Source: Scyliorhinus canicula
Lineage: Eukaryota
DNA: 64,000 bases
Direction of reading: 5' to 3'
Assembly (NCBI RefSeq): GCF_902713615.1
Contig: NW_024055490.1
Coordinates: 343,262 to 407,261 of the forward strand
Shown here: one piece after another, positions 1-12,689 of the stretch
How positions within the stretch are numbered: position 1 is the stretch's first letter
How the letters are laid out: every line of letters begins with the position of its first letter
Position numbers and translations under genes: made by a program
The notes under the pieces: model-generated
What the model saw: the letters and a program-made list of their open reading frames with translations, nothing else
Database searches by the model: none
Told to the model about the DNA's origin: nothing

Positions 1-60
1 CCAGTGATTTAGCCCAGTGTGCTAAACAGCCCTATAGTTAGGATGTAGAGGACATTAACG

Positions 61-243
61 AGAATGAAATGGAAAATAAAAATCACTTATTGTCACAAAT
101 AGACTTCAAATGAAGTTATTGTGAAAAGCCCCCAGTCGCCACATTCCGGTGCCTGTTTGGGGAGGGTGGTACAGGAATTGAACCATGCTGCTGTCTGCCT
201 CAGTCTATAAAGCCAACTATTCAGCCCTGTGCTAAAGCAGCCA
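61..243 (-). mobile_element. short tRNA-headed SINE (family B, ...GACAATAAG-(CATTT)n tail)
   Basis: Reverse complement of the same ~180-bp element seen at 3738-3910, 19100-19275 and 44618-44797; GGGGCTGGTTTAGC tRNA-like head and CATTT-repeat tail. Confidence 0.75.
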
Positions 244-1094
244 CTTAGATGGCACCAGAGATGAGGATAAGTGACTCCAGTCAGTTGGAGTGAATGGAGC
301 AGCTGAATTTCTCTCCTGAGATCACAGCATCTGGAGGGTGGGGAATGGCGCCATTCAGTCTTGTGCGATTATGTCGGCTCTCTGTGGAGGAAGCCAGTCT
401 GTCCATTGCCCCGTTCTATCCCCAAATCTCTGTTGGTTTATTTCTCTCAGTAACCGTCTAATTTCCTATTGAAATCCTTCCGTCATCTCTGCAACTCCGA
501 CCTCATAGGCAGTAGGTTCCAGGTTGTTCCCACTCCCTTCACATGGACACAAGGCTGCTGGAGCACAGAGGAGTCTATTTGGCCCATTTATTCCATTCCA
601 GCTCTTTGTACAGCGACCCATTTGATCCCAAAGTTCGATTATTTTGTTTTCTTTTCAGAATGCATTAAATTCCCTTTTGGAAGTTACAGTCCAATGAGAT
701 TCCAGCACCATTTATGGACAGTGCATTACAAATCACAACAACTCGCTGTGTTTTACAACAAATAATTGTGCATATGGTGTGTCTTGATTTTCGTAGAATA
801 TTCAAAATGGTGTCAATGACATGGTTCTGGCACAAAATTAAGACTCAATCTTTATCAATTAATCTGGTGAGGACACCGAGTGTAATATATCCAAGTTTGC
901 GGACAATTAGAACAAATGTACATTTCTATAAAACCTCACTCCCACTGCACCTCCGAAAGAGTTTTAAAGCCAATGGAGTACTTTTGAAATATATTCACTG
1001 TTGTAATGTAGGAAGCTAAGTACGCATGTGTAATCACATTTAGTTTTTAAATTGTTATTTTCATTATAAAAAAAATTTAGAGTACGCAATTCAC

Positions 1095-1287
1095 TTTTTC
1101 CAATTAAGGTACAATTTAGCGTGGCCAATCCACCTACCCTGCACATCTTTGGGTTGTGGGGGTGAGACCAACAAAACCACGGGAAGAATGTGCAAACTCC
1201 ACACTGCAGTGACCCAGGGTCGGGATTGAACCTCGGACCTCGGCGCTGTGAGGAAGCAGTGCTAACCATTGCGCCACCTTGCTGCCC
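1095..1287 (-). mobile_element. V-SINE (HE1-like), partial
   Basis: tRNA-like head (GGGCAGCA..GGTTCAATCC) plus degenerate V-domain and GGTGGATTGGCCACGCTAAATTG block on the minus strand. Confidence 0.75.
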
Positions 1288-2605
1288 GTAAATTGTTATT
1301 TTCATAGTGTATTCACTGGCCTTAGTAATAAGGTCAAGGAAGCCCTTTTATACCTCTTAACACATGCCTTTCTGCAGCCATTTCACCTTCTGTACCTTTT
1401 CTATATTAACTATGTATTGATTTAATTGCAAAAAACAATAATTAAATTCAAGTTTATTCAGTAGTGAACATTGATTATGATCAGTGAATTGGTGTGTTAG
1501 GTCATTATATTGCAAAGACTAGATCTTTTTTTTAAAAATAACATGACCAACCAAAATGTTTACAGAAACTGCAGGGCTATCAGAATTTGTTTGAAAAAAT
1601 AAATTACTTGATAATTTTGAGAAGTTACGAGATGTGATGATTAAGCCTGTATATAATATTACATGTACTCAGCAGTGTGACCTCCCACCAGTAGTTGGCG
1701 TCAGGCATCAGTCAGGTGACATCCGGCTACCAGCAGAAGGTTGTCAGGCGTACACGAGGCCAGTCGCACATAAGGGTAGTTCCAAGAGAGTCCAATGTAA
1801 CTCTGTGATAACTTAGTCTGTATAGCATTCTGATCGTTACCTTACCACATGTACAAATGATACACTAACTGAATTAGAGGAAATGTTAGAGATTTAACTG
1901 AACCACATTTTTGAAAGATTCGGCCTTCAGGCTGGAGAAACAGGAAAAGCCACTCAGGAAGATGAGGAAATCCAGGCTCAGTGCGGATTTGCTGTCACCC
2001 CTCCTTTCTTATACATGAATGGTATTTAGGCTGCAAAACGTTTCACACCAAAACACAGAGGGGTCAAATATAAGCAACACATAATTCTCAATTCACTTTC
2101 ATTTAATTATATTTGACTTTGTTTGAAAGCTGTCTGGTCAAACTGAACAAAGCTCCATGGGATTTCTGTTACCCAGTGAAAAGGTTTCTTTTCTTGGTCA
2201 GTCATGTTTGCAATTCATTGATATATATTTCGGAGTTATTCAGAGTGAAGACTCGAGAGCTAGTCAATTCAAAATGAAGTCATATATAACAAGTAAATAT
2301 ACAGATGTTCAACATTATATAATGAAACAAATGTTGAGTAACATTGGTGGAAATTTTCTGTAGGAAGATAAGAATGATGCATTAATGATTGAACAGAGCA
2401 CTATTCCGTTAGATATTTGCTGAACAAATGCTAAAGTTCAATATAAGTTCTATATCTTATGGTCTTACAAATTGACACATCTGTTTGAAAGGAACAGCTG
2501 TCTTCATGTAATAAGTGACCCAGCCTCCCAGCTGAACCATTGAAAGCTACAGCAAGACTGTGCAGTTGAACATTGCACAAGTCCGTTGGTACTGTGCTTC
2601 CAGCT

Positions 2606-2677
2606 GTTTCTGTAGCATGGAGGTTATCACATTCACCTAACGCGCAAAAGGTGTCTGGTTCAAAACTGGCGGAAGCA
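2606..2677 (+). pseudogene. tRNA-Val(AAC) pseudogene
   Basis: GTTTCTGTAGCATGGAGGTTATCACATTCACCTAACGCGCAAAAGGTGTCTGGTTCAAAACTGGCGGAAGCA aligns by eye to vertebrate tRNA-Val-AAC; many stem and B-box substitutions. Confidence 0.85.
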
Positions 2678-2695
2678 TTAAATGCCTCTCATTTA

Positions 2696-3690
2696 TGATG
2701 TGGAGATGCCGGCGTTGGACAGGGGTGGGCACAGTAAGAAATCTTAGAACACCAGGTTAAAGTACAACAGGATTGTTTCGAATCACTAGCTTTAGGAGTG
2801 CAGCTCCTTCCTCAGGTGAATGATGATGTGGGTTCCTCAAACACATATGTAGAAAAATTCAATGATGCCAAATGGTACTTTGAATGCGAGTCTTTGCAGG
2901 TAATTAAGACTTTACAGGTCCATGTGGTGCAACTGGAGAGAGGGATAATCACAGGTTAAAGAGGTGTGAATTGTTACAAGCCAGGCCAGTTGGCAGGATT
3001 TTGCAAGCACATGTAATGGGACATGAATCCAGGGTCCCAGTTGAGGCCGTACTCATGTGTGCGGAACTTGGCCATCAGTTTCTGCTCGGCCATTCTGCAT
3101 TGTCGTGCATCCTGAAGGCCGAACGCTTACCCGAAGATCAGAGGCTGAATGCCCTTGACCGCTGAAGTGTTCCCCGACTAAGGGAGCATTCCTGCCTGGC
3201 AATTGTTGTGCGATGTCCGTTCATCCGTTGTCGCAGCGTCTGCATGGCCTCGCCAATGTACCACGCCGCGGGACATCCTTTGCTGTAGACTGTGAAGTAA
3301 ATAACGTTGGCCGAGTCGCACCATTACACCTGTTCTCACGTGTAATGGTGGTACCTATATTGATGATCTGGCACGTCTTGCAGAAGTTGCCATGGCAGGA
3401 TTGTGTGGTGTTGTGATCGCTGTTCTGAATGCTGGGGTGTTTGCTGTAATCAATGGTCTGTTTGAGGTTGCGCGGTTGTTTGGAGGCAAGCAGTGTTGAT
3501 GGCCTTGGCAAGATGTTTGTCTTCATCGATGATGTGTCGATGGCTGCAAAGAAGATATCGTAGTTTCTCCACTCCAGGGAATTCATCAGGCGAATGAGGC
3601 ACCGGGAGTTTTTCAACAGACACCAAGAAGCCTACGGCGAACCCAATGAGACAACCAATGAACCGGAACAGCAGACTGAGAGATCTGTGG
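2696..3690 (-). mobile_element. Penelope-like retroelement 3' fragment (GIY-YIG endonuclease remnant plus terminal repeat)
   Basis: Minus-strand frameshifted peptide CHGNFCKTCQII...AWYIGEAMQTLRQRMNGHR...VGEHFSGQGH; terminal sequence 2696-2823 matches the arms of the 56001-56622 element. Confidence 0.85.
2784..2818 (-). ncRNA. minimal type I hammerhead motif, core-mutated
   Basis: CAC-CTGAGGA-AGGAG-CTGCA-CTCC-TAAA-GCTA-GTG; the conserved GAAA is changed to TAAA. Confidence 0.55.
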
Positions 3691-3737
3691 GACTGGAAGA
3701 TCCAGCCAGCAGGAAGGGCTGAAAAACCCCACCCATT

Positions 3738-3910
3738 GAAAATGAAATGAAAACGCTTATTGTCACAAGTAGGCTTCAAATGTGAAAAGCCCCTAGTCGC
3801 CACATTCCGGCGCCTGTTCGGGGAGACTGGTGCGGGAATTGAACCGTGCTGCTGGCCTGCCATGGTCTGCTTTAAAAGCCAACGATTTAGCCCTGTGCTA
3901 AACCAGCCCC
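3738..3910 (-). mobile_element. short tRNA-headed SINE (family B)
   Basis: Near-identical to the reverse complement of 44618-44797. Confidence 0.8.
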
Positions 3911-4019
3911 TGAAACAATCCGATCAGTTGATTCTACAGCTCCTCTTCCACTAAACCAGTCAGCCACCAGCCCCTGAAACAATCCGATCAGCTGTTTCTA
4001 CAGCTTCTCTTCCACTAAA
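3903..4019. repeat. ~64-bp tandem duplication at a SINE boundary
   Basis: CCAGCCCCTGAAACAATCCGATCAG...CTTCCACTAAA present twice. Confidence 0.8.
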
Positions 4020-4179
4020 ACACTCAGTAAAACTGCCTCGAAGACCAAATTCTGAACTCACATCTTTCCCCTCTTTTCCTGCTATCTCCCATCATGCTCT
4101 CTCAGCGCTCATCTTGTCTGTGAGACTTACCCTTTGCTCCTTTTACCTAATTCTCACAAAACTGTTTAACATCCAACTT

Positions 4180-4525
4180 CCACAATCATAGAATTTACAG
4201 TGCAGAACAGGCCATTCGGCACATCGAGTCTGCACTGGCCCTTGGACAGAGCACCCTTCTCAAGCCCACACTTCCACCCTATCCTCATAACCCAGTAAAC
4301 CCACTTAAACCTTTTGGACACTGAGAACAATTTAGCATGGCCACTCCACTGAACCTGCACATCTTCGGACTGGGGGAGAAAACCGGAGCAGCCGGACTAA
4401 ACCCACGCAGACACGAGGAGAATGTGCAGACTCCGCACAGACAGTGTCCCAAGCTGGGAATCGAACCTGGGACCCTGGAGCTGTGAAGCAACTGTGCTAA
4501 CCAATGTGCTACTGTGTTGCCCCTG
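4180..4525 (-). mobile_element. V-SINE (HE1-like) with CR1-type tail
   Basis: tRNA head, V-domain and GCACTGTAAATTCTATGA tail. Confidence 0.8.
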
Positions 4526-4845
4526 ATTTATTAGATTCAAGTTCAAATACAAGCCACAATGAAGCATCTGCCGTGGTGGGGTTTGAACCTGCATTCTCAG
4601 AGAATTGTGCTGGATCTCAGCATTAATCATCCAGTGACAATACCACTACACCATCACCTCCCCAGTCAAGCGCTTTGCAGAGCTCATCCGGGACCTCTCG
4701 CATTTTGGAAACCCCCTAAGCGAAAATCATACCCACGGTTTTGACGGTATCTCCATGGAGTCAGTGTCTTTGTCCGTTTCCTCTTTAGACAATCAAGTGA
4801 AGCTTGGTCCTCACACAGAACACGTGTATGGTTTACATAGAACAT

Positions 4846-5110
4846 AGAACAGTACAGCACAGAACAGACCCTTCGGCCCTCGATGTTGTGCCGAGCAATG
4901 ATCACCCTACTCAAACCCATGTATCCACCCTATACCCGTTACCCAACAACCCCCCCCCCCCCCCCCATACCTTACTTATTTTAGGACACTACGGGCAATT
5001 TAGCATGGCCAATCCACCTAACCCACACATCTTTGGACTGTGGGAGGAAACCGGAGCACCCGGAGGAAACCCACGCACACACGGGGAGGACGTGCAGACT
5101 CCGCACAGAC
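4846..5110 (-). mobile_element. V-SINE, 5'-truncated, abutting a ZNF relic
   Basis: TAGAACATAGAACAGTACAGC tail and V-domain as in the 14598 and 56093 copies; head missing. Confidence 0.85.
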
Positions 5111-5395
5111 ATTTCTCCCCTTCGTAAATGGTGTGATGTTTTTTCAGGCTGTAACTGGTTAAAGCTCTTTCCACAGTCAGTTCAGTGGAACACACTCACT
5201 CAGGTATGTGTGTCTTGGTACTTTTCCAGTCACACTGATGTTTGAAATATTTTCCCACAAACAGAACAAACATTTTTCATTCCACATTTAAAGTCTGAGG
5301 ATATTCAGGTCCTGATCAATTGAGTGACACTGTCAGATCTTAATGTGATATTTAGTTTGTGTTTCCTGTCTGAAAATCGTCTCCTAATGCCCTGT
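5110..5395 (-). pseudogene. C2H2 zinc-finger gene relic (5' part of terminal exon)
   Basis: Minus frame FQTSV*LEK...*TDCGKSFNQL; homologous to 33830-34190 and 39512-39756; truncated at a SINE. Confidence 0.75.
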
Positions 5396-5789
5396 AAAAG
5401 GAGTTTACAAAGGTCACACTGTCAGTACAGGATAGAAATTCAGAAGTTAGTTCCAGTTTCTGCGGAACATTTTAGTCTCTTCTGTCCCCAAAGCTGTAAC
5501 TCCCCGTCCCACACACTCTCCCTCCTGCCTGGGCTGAAATCCAAATAAAGTATTAGATCATTGTTTCTGTATCCTTTTCCCAAAGATATATAATTAGACG
5601 TAAGAATATGCTTTATAAGTCACTTGATTCATGACTTGTGACAGACATAATCTGAATCACCCTGACTGTCCAATTAGAATAATAGATGTGAACTTTGTGT
5701 CCAGAACTGACCATGTGGAGATTTGACGAGCAATCGGGAAGGTCGTTTCTCCAAATCTTCTAGGGTTTCCTTTGTTCTTCCTCTCCCTC

Positions 5790-6133
5790 TCATAGAATTT
5801 ACAGTGCAGAAGGAAGCCATTTGGCCCATTGAGTCTGCACCAGCTCTTGTAAAGAGCATCCTACCCAAGGTCAACACCTCCACCCAATCCCCATAACCCA
5901 GCAACCCCATCCAACACTAAGGGCAATTTTGGACACTAAGGGCAATTTAGCATGGCCAATCCACCTAACCTGCACATCTTTGGACTGTGGGAGGAAACCG
6001 GAGTACTCGGAGGAAACCCACGCACACACGGGGAGGATGTGCAGACTCCACACAGACAGTGACCCAGCCAGGAATCGAACGTGCGACCCTGGAGCTGTGA
6101 AGCGATTGTGCTATCCACAATGCTACCGTGCTC
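5790..6133 (-). mobile_element. V-SINE (HE1-like)
   Basis: Full head, V-domain (GGTTTCCTCCGAGTACTCCGGTTTCCTCCCACAGTCCAAAGATGTG) and tail. Confidence 0.85.
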
Positions 6134-6769
6134 TCGAACTAAGTTCTCCCGGATATCAGATTTAGGGCTCATTCTGGTTCTCTTCCTGCTGACTAAATAA
6201 CTTCAATCAAATATGGAGAAGACTGAATCCACGGTTCGGTCACTGCTCCAATCTCCATTCCTGACATACCGACTCTATCCCTCTCCCCGATTCTAATTAC
6301 TCCGCAACGGTTTTAAGTTCCCTCGGCCCAAGCACTGAATTCCCTCCCTAAACCTCCCCGTCTCCACCTCACTTACCTCCTTTCAGACTCTTTAAAACTC
6401 ACCTCTTTGACCAAGTTTTTGGCCACCTGTCCTAATATCTCCTTTTGTGTCTGGGTGTCTCACTTTGTTTTATAATGTTCCTGTGAAGCTGACTGGGATG
6501 ATTTATGATGTTAAAGGTGTTATATAAATAGAAGTTGTTGACTGTAACCCTGACATCCTGTTTTACAATATCCCATTTTACAACAAACTCTGTCTCTGAT
6601 GTTTTGCCCCCTGCGGGTTTGCAGCCTCTATAAAGACGGCTGCCGTTAACTCAGGCCTGTCACCGGGAGCAGGCCGCAGCTGTCACCCCGCTCGATACAA
6701 ACCCGGGCCCGGAAATATCTTATTGGGGTTTGGAACCTCTCCCGGATTTCAGTGAAACGGGCCGACCCC

Positions 6770-7330
6770 AGCATAGGCACTGCGCATGCTCCAGCTCACA
6801 ATGCCCAGAAAGTGATTGACGGCAGCTCTGGTCCAATAGGAAGAGAGGGGTAGGCCTGGAGGACCGAGTGGTTGCAGCGGGTCTTCCAACCAATCGGAGT
6901 GAATGAGAGGCGGGGCTGAGCCCGCTCTCCTACGTGAGGCTGGAGCATGCGCAGTACCGATTACAACTCAGGATTCAGGGGGTTGGGTGGAAATTGTGAG
7001 CCGCTCAAATTCGGTTTGGTGAGTCATGAGGGATGGAGCCGGCGGATGGGTCGGGAGGCTTCACAGACATTCCGTGTAGACCGAAGCCCCGAATACGAAG
7101 TGAGGATACAGGAGCTGAAGCCGGCGAAAGCTGCTCGGGCTTTTCCCTGAGACAGGCCCGGGTGGCCGGGCGCATGCGGAAGGAGCGAGAACCCAGGATT
7201 TGCTCCGCCTCCCATTCACTCTGATTGGCTGGAGGACCAGTCGCTCTTGTTCGGTCCTCCAGCCCCGCCCCCTCTTCCTATTGGCTCGAAACTGCCGTCA
7301 ATCAGTCCCCCGGCATTGTGAGCTGATGCA
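6770..7330. promoter_or_regulatory. CpG-rich divergent promoter made of two inverted copies of a CCAAT/GC-box module
   Basis: 6793-6915 is an imperfect inverted repeat of 7204-7323; CCAAT boxes, GGCGG, and NRF1-like GCATGCGCA at ~6781, ~6946 and ~7171. Confidence 0.65.
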
Positions 7331-7599
7331 AACCCTTCACCGTCATTGTCAGCTCCCTGGTTTGCAGCTGCGGAGCTTCTCCCTCCCGGGAACAGGCCCA
7401 GGTTAACGGGCACCATCCTGCTTCACACACTGGAGGGTGGTTCACATCACAGGAGGGGGGATAATAAATAAGAGCTTACACTTTGCACTCAAATCAGTGA
7501 GGACTCTGATCTCTGGCAAGGAAGGAAACCCTGGCAGGTGGGCGGGGAGGGTTCACAAACACCCGCTGGAGGCCCCAAACCCCCAATAAGACCCATTGG

Positions 7600-7900
7600 T
7601 TTTATTGTCAGTTTGCAGACAGGAGCTGGAGAACTGAACCCAGGAAGAGGAGGGGGAGGGAGAAAACTGGGAATGGAGGAAAGAAATGGTGCAGATGGTG
7701 AGATGGGTTTGGATTTCAGCCCAAGGAGGAGGGAGAGTGTGTGGGACGGAGATTTACAGCTTTGGGGGAACGAGAGAGGGAAAAATGTTCCAGAGAAACT
7801 AAAATTGTCTGTTCAGAATTTCTATCCTAGACTGACAGTGATAGCTTTTGTAAACTTTTACAGGGGGTTAGAAATGGAGAATTTGCACACAACAAACTGA
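7600..7900 (+). pseudogene. ZNF-family intron and terminal-exon stub with no fingers
   Basis: Homologous to the reverse complement of 5390-5550; acceptor TTTTACAG/GGGGTTAGAA at ~7862 as in other ZNF copies. Confidence 0.5.
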
Positions 7901-8334
7901 ACCCAACAGAAAGGTTTGTCTCTTTGTGAATTCTATCCAGCATTGACAGTGATAACTTTTATAACATGAAAGATTACAGCTCTCAGGAAAGATTAAATGG
8001 AGTGGAGCCCTTTTTCTATCGACAATAATAAATGAAGCAGTGACCTGCTATAAATCTTTTAAATTATCAGTAGTTTGGAGAGGGGCAATGTGAGAGAGTG
8101 ACCATCAATAAACAACATGTCATAAATACAAGATAGTTACAAATAAATCTAAGGGGGCAATACAGACAAATTTATTTATCACAGGTTCAGAATGTTCAAC
8201 TCATTACCATGGAAAGGAGTTGAGGAAAGTGCTGAGATGTTTTCAAAAGGAAACGGGACAAGCACATGAGTGAGAGAAAACTGAATCAAAAATCAGCTGA
8301 AGGGCTGAGATTTGATAGGTGTGACAGTCGGAGA

Positions 8335-10110
8335 TAGAACATAGAACAGTACAGCACAGAACAGGCCCTTCGGCCCTCGATGTTGTGCCGAGCAATGATC
8401 ACCCTACTCAAACCCACGTATAAGTGGCAACCAGAATTGCACGCAATATCCAAATACGGCCGCACCAGAGTTTTGTGCAGCTGCAACATGACCTCATGGC
8501 TCCGAAACTCAATCCCTCTACCAATAAAAGCTAACACACTGTACGCCTTCTTAACAACCCCCTCAACCTGGGTGGCAACTTTCAGGGATCTTTGTACATG
8601 GACACCGAGATCTCTGCTCATCCACACTACCAAGAATCTTACCATTAGCCCAGTACTCTGTCTTCCTGTTATTCCTTCCAAAATGAACCACCTCTCACTT
8701 TTCTGCATTAAACTCCATTTGCCACCTCTCAGCCCAGCTCTGTAACTTATCTACATCCCTCTGTAACTTGTAACATCCTTCTGCACTGTCCACAACTCCA
8801 CCGACTTTAGTGTCATCTGCAAATTTACTCACCCATCCTTCTACGCCCTCCTCCAGGTCATTTATAAAAATGACAAACAGCAGTGGCCCCAAAACAGATC
8901 CTTGTGGTACACCACTAGTAACTGGAATCCAGTGTGAACATTTCCCATCAACCACCACCCTTTGTCTTCTTCCAGCTAGCCAATTTCTGATCCAAACTGC
9001 TAAATCACCCTGAATCTCTTGCCTCTGTATTTTCTGCAATAGCCTACCGTGGGGAACCTTATCAAAAGCTTTACTGAAATCCATGTACACCACATCAACT
9101 GCTTTACCCTCATCCACCTGTTTGTCACCTTCTCGAAGAATTCCATGAGGTTTGTGAGGCACGACCTAACTTCACAAAACCGTGTTGAGTATCTCTAATC
9201 AAATGATTCCTTTCCAGATGATTATACATCCTATCTCTTATAAACCTTTCCAAGACTTTTCCCACAACAGAAGTAAGGCTCCCTGGTCTATAGTTACCGG
9301 GGTTGTCTCTACTCCTCTTCTTGAACAAGGACACAACATTTGCTATCCTTTAGTCTTCTGGCACTATTCCTGTAGACAAAGATGACTTAAAGATCAAAGC
9401 CAAAGGCTCAGCAATCTCCTCCCTAGATTCCCAGAGAATCCTAGGATAAATCCCATCCGGCTCAGGGGACTTATCTATTTTCACACTTTCCAGAATTGCT
9501 AACACCTCCTCCTTATGAACCTCAAGCCCTTCTAGTCTAGTAGCCTGTATCTCAGTATTCTCCTCGACAACATTGACTTTTTCCTGTCTGAATACTGACG
9601 AAAAATATTCATTTAGCACCTGTCCTATCTCCTCGGACTCCACGCCCAACTTCCCACTACTGTCCTTGACTGGCCCTACTCTTACCCTAATTGTCCTTTT
9701 ATTCCTGAAATATCAATAGAAAACTTTAGGGTTATCCTTGATCCTACCTGCCAAAGACTTTTCATGTCCCCATCTGGCTCTTCTAAGCTCTCTCTTTAGA
9801 GCCTTCCTAGCTAACTTGTAACTCTCGAGCGCCCTAACTGAACCTTCATGTCTCATCTTTACATAAGCTTCCTTCTTCCTCTTGACAAGTGTTTCAACTA
9901 CTTTTGTAAACCATGGTTCCCTCGCTCGACCACTTCCTCCCTGCCTGACAGGCACATACTTATCAAAGACATGCACTACCTGTTCCTTGAACAAGCTCCA
10001 CATTTCAATTGTGCCCATCCCCTGCCGTTTCCCTCCTCATCCGATGCATCCTAAGACTTACCTCATCGCATCATAATTGCCTGTCCCCCAGATATAACTC
10101 TTGCCCTGTG
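8335..10110 (-). mobile_element. CR1-clade LINE (HER1-like), degenerate ORF2 reverse transcriptase
   Basis: [34 protein letters not shown] and FADDTK motifs with stops and frameshifts; 3' tail matches the V-SINE tail. Confidence 0.93.
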
Positions 10111-10339
10111 GTATATACCTATCCCTTTCCATCACTAAAGTAAACGTAATCGAATTGTGGTCACTATCACATCCTGTAAGTTAATTTTTAAGAAATGTTA
10201 TTGAATTTTTTGAAGATGTGACGAAGGTAGTGGACTATGGAGTATGGACTATGAAGGTAATGTCTATGGATTTTATCTATATGAACTTCCAGAAGGCATT
10301 TGACAAAGTTCCACATGAGAGACTGTCAACTAAAGTGGA

Positions 10340-10620
10340 AGGCCCGGGGGTAGTGTCTTGGTTGGGTGACCTGTACGACTTCCTGTGATTAGAGAAGAGA
10401 AGATAAAGAATGAGTTAAGGGGCTCTTTAGGGGGGGTTAAAAGACAGCTGAGGAATGTTTGTGACCGTGTTTGAGGGGCTGTTTGTTGCAGGGGAGTGGG
10501 GGTGAAAAAGCGGAAAAATCTGTACAGACTGTACAGTTGATTGTTGGGAAGTATGTTTAAGGAGTGTTTGTTCGCTGTAAACTGTTTTGATACATGTTTG
10601 TAATAAAATACATTTAAAAA
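10340..10620 (+). mobile_element. L1-type 3' fragment nested in CR1
   Basis: WLGDLYDFL..LEK..LRGS remnant like the L1 ORF2 end at 29690-29760; AATAAA and A-tail; GTGGAAG duplicated on both sides. Confidence 0.65.
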
Positions 10621-11526
10621 ACGTGGAAGTCCATGAAGTTGAGGGCAAATTATTGACATGGTTAGGAAATTGTTTAGCTGACAGGCGAACGAGGGTGAGG
10701 ATAATTGGTAAGTATTCTAATTGGTATGATGTGACTCGTGGTGTATCACAGGGATCTGTGAGGGGCCTCAATTATTCACACTATTCATTAATGACTTGAA
10801 TGATGACATAGAAAGATGAATCCAAATTTACTGGTGGTACAAAGTTAGGTGACATTGTCGACAGTCCAGATGATTGCATAAAATTGCAAGGAGATAGTGA
10901 CAGACTTGGGAAATGTGCAAAAGTGTGGCAGATTGAATTTAATGTCAGCAAGTTTCAGGTTACCCATTTTGGACCGAAAAGGATAGAGCAGAGTACTTTC
11001 TAAATGGATAGAGATTACATACAATTTGTGTCCAAATAGACTTGGGGTTAAGGTGCACAGATCCTTAAAATGCTATGAACAAATGTAGAAAATGATCAAA
11101 AGGCTAATGGAATGCTAGCCTTTATATCTAGAGGATATCAGTACAGAGACACATAGCTTATGATGCAACTATACAACACCCTGTTTAGACCCCACTTGGA
11201 ATACTGTGAGCAGTTCTGGGCACCACACCTCAGGAAGGATATATTAGCGTTGAAGGGATTGCAACATATGTTTACAATAATGATAACTGGACTACAGAGG
11301 TTAAGTTACAGGAGAGATTACACAAATTAGGCCTATTTTACATGAATTTAGAAAGTTAAGGGGTGATCTGATCGAAGTATTCAAGATACTAATAGGGAAA
11401 GACCGAGTAGATAAAAATAAAATAATTATACTGCTGGGCAATTAGAAAACTAGGGGGCAGAGTCTAACGATTCAGGTGAGACAGTTCAGGAGAGGTGTTT
11501 GGAAACACCTCTTCACTCAAAGGTTC

Positions 11527-11828
11527 ATGGTAGCACAGTGGGTAGCACTGTTGCTTCACAGCTCCAGGGTCTTGGGTTCGATTCCCGGGCTTGGGTTACT
11601 GTCTATGTGGAGTCTGCACATTCTCCCTCTGTACGCATGGGTTTCTTCCTGGTGCTCCGGTTTCCTCCCACAAGTCCCAAAAGACGTGCTGTTAGGTCAT
11701 TTGGACATTCTGAATTCTCCCTCTGTTTACCCAAACAGGCGCCGGAATGTGACGACTCGGGGCTTTTCACAATAACTTCATGATAGTGTTAATGTAAGCC
11801 TACTTGTGACAATAAAGATTATTAAATT
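11527..11828 (+). mobile_element. V-SINE with family-B-type tail, nested in CR1
   Basis: V-SINE head and core joined to CAGGCGCCGGAATGTG...GTGACAATAAAGATTATTA tail. Confidence 0.85.
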
Positions 11829-12689
11829 AAGTTAGGTTGGTAGAGGTTTGGAACTCTGTCGCACAAAAAGCAGTTGAAGCTAGAACAGTTGTTAATTTTA
11901 AATCTGAGATAGATAGATTTTTGTTAAGCAAAGATATTCAGGGATATTGACAAAAGGCAGGTGTATGGAATTAGGCCACAGATCAACCGTGATCTCATTA
12001 AATGGGGGGACAGGCGTGAGGGGATGAATGGCCTACTCTTATACTTGTGACCTTTCAAAGATCTAGAACAGACATGATGGGCCAAATAGTTTCCATCTGT
12101 ACGATATCATTCTACAAGTGAATATTCAGTATCATAGACAGAGAGAGGAATCACTGACTGTGTGATTGGAGCTAGCCAGAGTCAGCACCATCAGTAGAGG
12201 AGAGAGAGAGGGAAACACATAAAAGCCTTAAAACCTCTGCTCTTCTTGGATGCAAAAGAGAACTTTCAGAAATCATAGAATTTACAGTTCAGATGGAGAC
12301 TATTCATCCCAGGGAGTCTGCACTGGCCGTTGTACTCTTTCCACACGCCCAACTTAAGCTCACGGGAAAGGGAAACTGCTGGAAAATCTCAGCACGTCTG
12401 GCAGCATCTGTAGGGAGAGAAAAGAGCTAACATTTAGAGTCCGATGACTCTTTGTCAAAGCTGACGACTCCACCCTATCTCCGCAGCACCACCTAATCTT
12501 TTGGACACCAAGGGGAAATTTAGCCCCATATGGAACATAGCAGATCACCAATTCACAATTTGAGATTTTTAAACTAATTTCTCTCAATTGGTAACAAAGT
12601 TTTTGTTGTATTAAATGTTTGAGCTTTCAATGGTGCGGTTAGTAGACTCGATGGGCCGAGTCTGCACTGTAAATTCTATGACTCTATGA

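Larger units (their letters stand above)
10170..12110 (+). mobile_element. second CR1 LINE, interrupted by two insertions
   Basis: [19 protein letters not shown] and RPHLEYCEQFW remnants; sequence resumes on both sides of 10340-10620 and 11527-11828. Confidence 0.85.

Noticed and set aside
1633-1870. Possible solo LTR, and similar LTR-like text near 31640-31870
   Set aside because: No second copy, TSD or internal domain could be verified by eye
4285-6172. Recurrent short ORFs ending ...HSPKMCRLGGLAMLNCP (also at 14738, 41902, 56225)
   Set aside because: Translations of V-SINE copies
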